From Rhabdothermincola salaria (GTDB lineage Bacteria; Actinomycetota; Acidimicrobiia; Acidimicrobiales; Acidimicrobilacustridaceae), in assembly GCF_021246445.1 (NCBI RefSeq), contig NZ_JAJQXW010000004.1:186001-250000 (forward strand): a DNA stretch of 64,000 nucleotides. The letters run 5' to 3'. The notes beneath the pieces were generated by a model. It saw only the letters and a program-made list of their open reading frames with translations, made no database searches and was not told the DNA's origin. Made by a program: the position numbers and the translations under genes. Below, piece by piece: positions 58,693 to 64,000 of the stretch (positions are counted from its first letter, which is position 1; every line of letters starts with the position of its first letter).

Positions 58693-59529
58693 TCAGAAAA
58701 GGAACTCCTCGCCCGAGGCGCGCACGGTGACGTCGCTGATGGAGATGCCCCAGGGCTGGTCGATGACCCAGACCACCTGGCGGGCGAGCTCCTCGGGGCT
58801 GATCGCCCAGTAACGGATGTCGTCGGGGTCGGTCATCTCGGCGGGCAGAGCGCCCTCCATCATCTGGCCGATGTGGCCCCAGTAGCTGTCGGCGTTCTGG
58901 CCAAGCAGCCCGACCACCGCGGCGCCGTTGACGATGGAACCGCCGAGACCGGTGCCGGGCACGCCGGTGGGCTTGACCGTGGTGACCTTGATCCGCCCCT
59001 GGGACTCGGCCCGCAGCGCCTCGCCGAGCACGTTGACCGCGGCCTTGGTGGCGGCGTACACGGCGGCGCCGACGGTGGGGGTGTTGCCGTAGATCGACGA
59101 GATGTTGACGACGTGGCCGTGGCCCTGCTCGAGCATCTGGTCGTGCACGGCGATGATGCCGTGCAGCACGCCCTTGAGGTTCACGTCGATGCACCGGTCC
59201 CAGGCCCCGGCGGCCTGGGCGTGGTCGGCGTAGAAGGCGAGCGGCATGATGCCGGCGTTGTTGACCATCACGTCGATGTGGCCATAGGAGTCGACCGCCT
59301 CACGGGCGAGCGCCTTCATCTGGCCGAGGTCGGTGACGTCGGCGGCGACCGCCCGGGCCTCGCCCCCCTGGGCGCGGATGGCCTCCACCGTGGCCGTGAC
59401 GGCGGCGACATCGACGTCGGCGGCGACCACGCGCCCGCCGCGGGCCGAGACCATCTCGGCCACCAGGCGACCGAAGCCGCTGCCGGCCCCGGTGACGACG
59501 ACGACCTTGTCCACCACGTGATCAGCCAT
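58693..59529 (-). CDS. SDR-family oxidoreductase
   Basis: TGAGSGFG, NNAG, NISS, YAATK. Confidence 0.94.
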   Translation of the reverse strand: MADHVVDKVVVVTGAGSGFGRLVAEMVSARGGRVVAADVDVAAVTATVEAIRAQGGEARAVAADVTDLGQMKALAREAVDSYGHIDVMVNNAGIMPLAFYADHAQAAGAWDRCIDVNLKGVLHGIIAVHDQMLEQGHGHVVNISSIYGNTPTVGAAVYAATKAAVNVLGEALRAESQGRIKVTTVKPTGVPGTGLGGSIVNGAAVVGLLGQNADSYWGHIGQMMEGALPAEMTDPDDIRYWAISPEELARQVVWVIDQPWGISISDVTVRASGEEFLF

Positions 59530-59562
59530 GCGCCGACGCTACTGCGCAGGCCCCCGGCGCGG

Positions 59563-60741
59563 TCAGGAGCGGGGCACGTCGCTCCAGGGGCGGTCCTTGT
59601 CGACGCGGACGTCGCCGGGGAGGCCGAGGATGCGCTCGCCGAGGATGTTGCGCATGACCTCGGAGGTCCCGCCCTCGATGGTGTTGGCCCGGCTGCGCAG
59701 GAACCGCGCCTGCGTGGTTCGGAACGCTCCCCCGCGACCCACGTCGTAGCTGCTGTAGAGCATCCCTTCGGCGCCCATGAGACCGAGGGCGAAGGCGTAG
59801 ATCTCCTGGTTGAGCTCGGCCGACATCATCTTGCCGATCGAGCCCTCCGGCCCCGGCGTACCCACCCGTCGGGCGGCCGCCGCCCGCATGTTGGTGAGGC
59901 GCAACGCCTCGGCCCGGATCCAGAGGTCGACGAGCTGGTCACGCTCGACCGGACCCCCGCCGTACTTGTGCCACATGGCCACCGCCTCGGCGATGGTGCC
60001 GCTGCCCCGCGGCGGGGTGCCACCGCCGAGGGAGACCCGCTCGTTCATCAGCGTGGTGAGCGACACCCGCCAGCCCTCACCCACCTCGCCGAGGCGATGC
60101 GAGTCGGGGATCCGCACGTCGGTGAAGTACACCTCGTTGAACTCGGCGTCGCCGGTCATCTGGCGCAACGGGCGGACGTCGACGCCGGGGGCGTGCATGT
60201 CGACGACGAAGTAGGTCATGCCCTTGTGCTTGACCGCGTCGGGGTCGGTGCGGGCCAGCAGCATGCCGTAGCGGGAGACGTGCGCCAGGGTGGTCCACAC
60301 CTTCTGGCCGTTCACGACCCACTCGTCGCCGTCGCGCACCGCTCGGGTCGACAGGGAGGCCACGTCGGAGCCGGCGCCGGGCTCGCTGAAGAGCTGGCAC
60401 CAGATCTCCTCGCCGGTGAACAGCGGGCGCAGGTAGCGGTCGCTCAGCTCGTCGGCGCCGTGGCTCAGCACCGTGGGGGCACCCATGCCGTGCCCGATGG
60501 GGTTGCGGGCCCAGGCGTTGGGCCCGCCGGCGGCGGCGATGGCCTCGTCGATCTGCTTCTGGTGCTGGGGCGCGAGCCCGAGGCCGCCCTTGCCCACCGG
60601 GAAGTTGACCCAGGCCAGGCCGAGGTCGAACTGGGCTCCGAGGAACGCCACCGGATCGCCCTTGGGATCGTTCTCGCCGAGCAGGCGGTCGATCAGGTCC
60701 TGCACCTGGGCGGCGTCGTTGGTCACATCGGTCGCAGTCAC
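59563..60741 (-). CDS. Acyl-CoA dehydrogenase family protein
   Basis: WCQLFSEPGAGSD, NGQKVWT, EFNEVYF, LMNER, TIEGGTSEV. Confidence 0.94.
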   Translation of the reverse strand: MTATDVTNDAAQVQDLIDRLLGENDPKGDPVAFLGAQFDLGLAWVNFPVGKGGLGLAPQHQKQIDEAIAAAGGPNAWARNPIGHGMGAPTVLSHGADELSDRYLRPLFTGEEIWCQLFSEPGAGSDVASLSTRAVRDGDEWVVNGQKVWTTLAHVSRYGMLLARTDPDAVKHKGMTYFVVDMHAPGVDVRPLRQMTGDAEFNEVYFTDVRIPDSHRLGEVGEGWRVSLTTLMNERVSLGGGTPPRGSGTIAEAVAMWHKYGGGPVERDQLVDLWIRAEALRLTNMRAAAARRVGTPGPEGSIGKMMSAELNQEIYAFALGLMGAEGMLYSSYDVGRGGAFRTTQARFLRSRANTIEGGTSEVMRNILGERILGLPGDVRVDKDRPWSDVPRS

Positions 60742-60798
60742 GGGCCCGAGGGTAGGCCCACCCGGAGGCCCGGTGCCCACCGGAGCGGGCCGGTGCGT

Positions 60799-61353
60799 TC
60801 AGTCGCCGGATCCGGCCCAGAAGCGACCCCAGGAGGGCCAGCTCTCCGGCACCGTGCCCCTCCCCCACGACCGCTCGGGCCAGTTGGCCGGCGACTGGTC
60901 GAGCGGGTTCTCGTCGCGGGGGACCCCGTAGAAGAGCTCGTGGATGCGCCGCACGAAGAACCAACGGCCGTCACGGCGCTCGTACGTGTCGCGGTAGAGG
61001 ATGGCCTGACGGATCATGCGGTGGTCCTCGACCACGTCGGCCAGGCAGTACACGCTGCCGGTGGCGTGGTCGGCGTCGACGAGGTCGACGACCTGGCTGG
61101 TGACATGGAGCATCGACGGACCGATGGCGCCCAGCGACGCCCGGAACGACTCGGCCAGCGCCTCGCGACCCGTGCGCCGGCGACCCACCTGCACGTCGTC
61201 GACGAAGAGGGCGACCAGTCCCTCGATGTCCCGCGCGTCGATGGCCACCGCGTAGCGGGAGGCCAGGGCCCGGATCTGGTCGTGGGCCCACAGCGCGCGC
61301 ACCAGGGCCTCGGGGTCGTCGCCGGAGGGTGGGGAGGAGGACAGGTCGGCCAT
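60799..61353 (-). CDS. SnoaL-like / NTF2-family protein
   Basis: IRALASRYAVAIDARD, ATGSVY, YRDTYERRDGRWFF. Confidence 0.88.
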   Translation of the reverse strand: MADLSSSPPSGDDPEALVRALWAHDQIRALASRYAVAIDARDIEGLVALFVDDVQVGRRRTGREALAESFRASLGAIGPSMLHVTSQVVDLVDADHATGSVYCLADVVEDHRMIRQAILYRDTYERRDGRWFFVRRIHELFYGVPRDENPLDQSPANWPERSWGRGTVPESWPSWGRFWAGSGD

Positions 61354-61371
61354 GGGCCAACGCTAGAGCGG

Positions 61372-61516
61372 AGCCCAGGGTGGGACCCTCCACGACAGCC
61401 CAGGGTGGGACCCTCCACGACAGCCCAGGGTGGGACCCTCCACGACAGCCCAGGGTGGGACCCTCCACGACAGCCCAGGGTGGGACCCTCCACGACAGGA
61501 CAGCCCAGCGTGGGAC
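61372..61516. repeat. 25-bp tandem repeat: five perfect copies plus one degenerate partial copy
   Basis: agcccagggtgggaccctccacgac at 61372, 61397, 61422, 61447 and 61472; agcccagcgtgggac at 61502. Confidence 0.95.
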
Positions 61517-61555
61517 GCCGGCCGACCGGGGACCGGATCACTAGCCTCGCCCCCG

Positions 61556-62521
61556 ATGACGACCACCCCACCGTTCGCGCCCGGCTCGATCTCGCTGCGG
61601 CTCTACCCCCACAACGAGCTCGACGCCCCGGCGATCGTCGAGCACCTGTGCGCCATGGCGGCGCGGGCCATCGACGTCGGCTTCGACGGCGTCATGACCA
61701 GCGAGCACCACGGCGGCTTCGCCGGCTACCTCCCCAACCCGCTCCAGGTCACCGGCTTCCAGTTGGCCGCCATGGACGACGGGTGGGCCGCCCCGTGCCC
61801 GCTGCTCATGCCGCTGCGCCCGGTCGGCCTGCTGGCCGAGGAGGTGGCCTGGCTCGACGCCCGCTTCCCCGGCCGGGTGGGGCTGGGGGTGGGGCCCGGG
61901 TCGCTCGAGTTGGACTTCACCGTCGTGGACATGGAGCTGTCCGAGGCCGTGCCCCGGTTCAAGGCCGACCTCCCCCGCCTGGCGGCGATGCTGCGAGGCG
62001 CCGACCTGGGTGTGCTGGAGGGCGACCGAGCGCTCGCCGGCCTCGCCGCCGACGGCCGCCGCATCCCGATGCTCACCACCGCCATGAGCCCCGCCGCCGC
62101 CCGACGGGCGGCGTCGGTCGGCGCCGGCGTCCTCTACGACGGAGCCAGCGTGCTGAGCCGCCTGCGCCGCCTCTCCGACGAGCACCGCGCCGCCGGCGGC
62201 ACCGCCCCTCGGGTGCTGCTGCGTCGGGTGTGGATCGGCGAGCCTCCCGAGGAGGCGTTCGCCGCCCAGTTCGAGGTGTACCAGGGCTACACGCCCGCCG
62301 AACGCCAGAGCCACTGGGAGGGATCGGGCTGGATGACCGGCGACGACCCCGCGGCCATCGCTCAGGAGCTGGCCACCGCCGTCCACGAGTCCGGCAGCGA
62401 CGCCCTGAACCTGCGCATCCACGCCCCCGGCATCGCCGCCGAACGGGCCCACGAGCAGATCGAGGTGCTCGGCGCCGAGCTGCTCCCCCGACTCCGACCC
62501 CTGCTCGCCGCCGGAGGCTGA
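61556..62521 (+). CDS. LLM-class (luciferase-like) flavin-dependent oxidoreductase
   Basis: GFDGVMTSEHH, PNPL, LAEEVAWLD, GRVGLGVGPG. Confidence 0.9.
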   Translation: MTTTPPFAPGSISLRLYPHNELDAPAIVEHLCAMAARAIDVGFDGVMTSEHHGGFAGYLPNPLQVTGFQLAAMDDGWAAPCPLLMPLRPVGLLAEEVAWLDARFPGRVGLGVGPGSLELDFTVVDMELSEAVPRFKADLPRLAAMLRGADLGVLEGDRALAGLAADGRRIPMLTTAMSPAAARRAASVGAGVLYDGASVLSRLRRLSDEHRAAGGTAPRVLLRRVWIGEPPEEAFAAQFEVYQGYTPAERQSHWEGSGWMTGDDPAAIAQELATAVHESGSDALNLRIHAPGIAAERAHEQIEVLGAELLPRLRPLLAAGG

Positions 62522-62525
62522 CCCG

Positions 62526-64000
62526 GTGCGCCTGGTCGTCGACCGCATCGAGGTGCCCGGCGCCGGGCGGGTGCGCCTCAGCGGTCCGGGCGGGCCCGGC
62601 GGCGGGCTCGAGGGTCTGGCCACGTCGCTCTCCGGCCCGGCACCGTGGCCGGCGGAGCTGTTGCCGTCCGGGGCCGAGGGCGAGCGCTGGAGCTGGCGCA
62701 TCGTCGAGGACGCCGGCGCACCCCGGGCCGTGCGGCGCGCCGCCCTCGTGTTCCGTCTCGTCGACGTCGTCGGCCCCGTGCGGATGTTCCGCCACGGCTA
62801 CCAGTCGTGGAGCCCGTGCGGCACCGCCGTCTTCGGCCGTGACCGCGACCCGTCGCTGGCCGCCGGTTCGCTCGAGCTGGTCCGGGGGGTGCACCAGGCC
62901 GACCAGAGCGTCGTCGACGACCCCCAGGAGCTGCGCTCCGAGTGGGTGACGGTGCTGGCCGACAGCCGTGGAGAGGCGGTGCTCGTCGGAGCCGACGGCG
63001 GCACCGAGCACGACACCACCTTCCGGCTCCGGTCCGGCGAGGCCGACCCCGAGCTGTGGTGCGAGGCCTTCCTCGGCGACCTGGTGCTCGGCCCCGACGA
63101 GGTCCGCTCGTTCCACGACCTGGTGGTCGCCGCCGGCCTCCCGGCCGAGGACCTGCTGGCGGCCTGGGCCCGCCTCGCCGGCCGCGTCGGCGGGGCCCGC
63201 ACGGACGCGCCCTTCCAAGTCGGGTGGTGCAGCTGGTACCAGTACTTCCACGACGTCACCGAAGGCGACATCGTGGCCAACCTCGACCGGGCAGGCGACT
63301 GGCCCTTCGACGTCGTGCAGGTCGACGACGGCCACCAGCGCGCCATCGGCGACTGGCTGGTCACCAACGACCGCTTCCCCAGCGGCCTCGAGGCCATGGC
63401 CGCCCGCATCCGGGATGCGGGGCACCGCCCCGGCATCTGGCTGGCGCCGTTCCTCGCCGCCCCCGACTCAGAGGTGGCCACGACCCATCCCGACTGGCTG
63501 GCCCGGTTCCCCGACGGCTCCCCGCTCATCACCATGTTCAACCCGCCGTGGGGCGGCGGCCTCGACGGGTTCATGTACGGCCTCGACACCAGCCATCCGG
63601 AGGTGCTGGCCCACCTCGAGGCGGTGGCCGCCACGCTCGTGCACGCGGGCTTCACCTACCTGAAGCTGGACTTCACGTTCAGCCCTTCCTTCGACGGCGT
63701 CTGGCACGACCGCTCCCTGACCCCCGCCCAGCGGGTGCGCGCCGGGTTCGACGCCGTCCGCGCCGGCGCCGACCGGGCGGCCCGGATCGCCGCCCCCGAC
63801 GAGGGGGCCTTCCTCCTGGGCTGCGGAGCGCCGCTGGCCCACGTGGTGGGGGTCGTCGACGGCAACCGCATCGGTGCCGACGTCGCCCCCTCCTGGCCGG
63901 TCGAACCCGCCACCGAGCCGCTGGCCGGCTACGTCGAGAGCCAACCCTCCACGGCCAACGCCTGGCGCAACACCGCGGCTCGCAGCTCCATGCACCGCCG
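62526..64000 (+). CDS. Glycoside hydrolase family 36 (alpha-galactosidase-like), 3'-truncated; absent from the ORF track
   Basis: Manual translation: HGYQSWS, GWCSWYQYF, QVDDG, GDW, RFPSG, GIWLAPF, YLKLDF nucleophile motif, LGCGAP, RIGADV. Confidence 0.9.
   Translation, partial: MRLVVDRIEVPGAGRVRLSGPGGPGGGLEGLATSLSGPAPWPAELLPSGAEGERWSWRIVEDAGAPRAVRRAALVFRLVDVVGPVRMFRHGYQSWSPCGTAVFGRDRDPSLAAGSLELVRGVHQADQSVVDDPQELRSEWVTVLADSRGEAVLVGADGGTEHDTTFRLRSGEADPELWCEAFLGDLVLGPDEVRSFHDLVVAAGLPAEDLLAAWARLAGRVGGARTDAPFQVGWCSWYQYFHDVTEGDIVANLDRAGDWPFDVVQVDDGHQRAIGDWLVTNDRFPSGLEAMAARIRDAGHRPGIWLAPFLAAPDSEVATTHPDWLARFPDGSPLITMFNPPWGGGLDGFMYGLDTSHPEVLAHLEAVAATLVHAGFTYLKLDFTFSPSFDGVWHDRSLTPAQRVRAGFDAVRAGADRAARIAAPDEGAFLLGCGAPLAHVVGVVDGNRIGADVAPSWPVEPATEPLAGYVESQPSTANAWRNTAARSSMHR

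Noticed and set aside
61372..61496. Possible CRISPR array
   Set aside because: Units are head-to-tail with no unique spacers, and there are no cas genes in the window

Overview
High-GC actinobacterial chromosome segment, probably class Acidimicrobiia (inferred from gene content and style only). About 57 CDSs and one tRNA-Pro(CGG); no transposase, integrase, rRNA or CRISPR array was seen. From left to right: a DosR/DosS-like hypoxia locus (P-type ATPase, NarL-type regulator, GAF kinase, Rv2004c-like kinase-AAA protein, PNPOx-like protein) next to a stand-alone LigD ligase domain; dut, orn, MBL hydrolases, MFS transporters, NUDIX, fxsA; selA-selB inside a whiB/nfeD/ArsA-pair neighbourhood; asd and aspartate kinase; two tandem cyclophilins; acyl-CoA metabolism (hbd, meaA/ecm, carboxylase beta and epsilon subunits); a cell-surface cluster (OmpR-type two-component system, Pro-rich exported proteins, degenerate GGDEF, Cys-paired LPXTG protein plus His-motif membrane protein); LigC, Prim-PolC and a 5'-3' exonuclease; an island of atypical codon usage (about 49.7-58.7 kb) with a SARP/BTAD-ATPase regulator, hemerythrin, MMPL, O-methyltransferase and a lipoprotein; SDR, acyl-CoA dehydrogenase, SnoaL, a 25-bp x5 tandem repeat, an LLM monooxygenase and a partial GH36. 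The best candidates for undescribed systems are the SARP-hemerythrin-MMPL-methyltransferase module, which has a visible 11-bp-period operator, and the LPXTG plus His-membrane-protein operon, which has a similar operator. Novelty cannot be confirmed without database searches. Several start codons were reassigned by eye from -10/RBS context.
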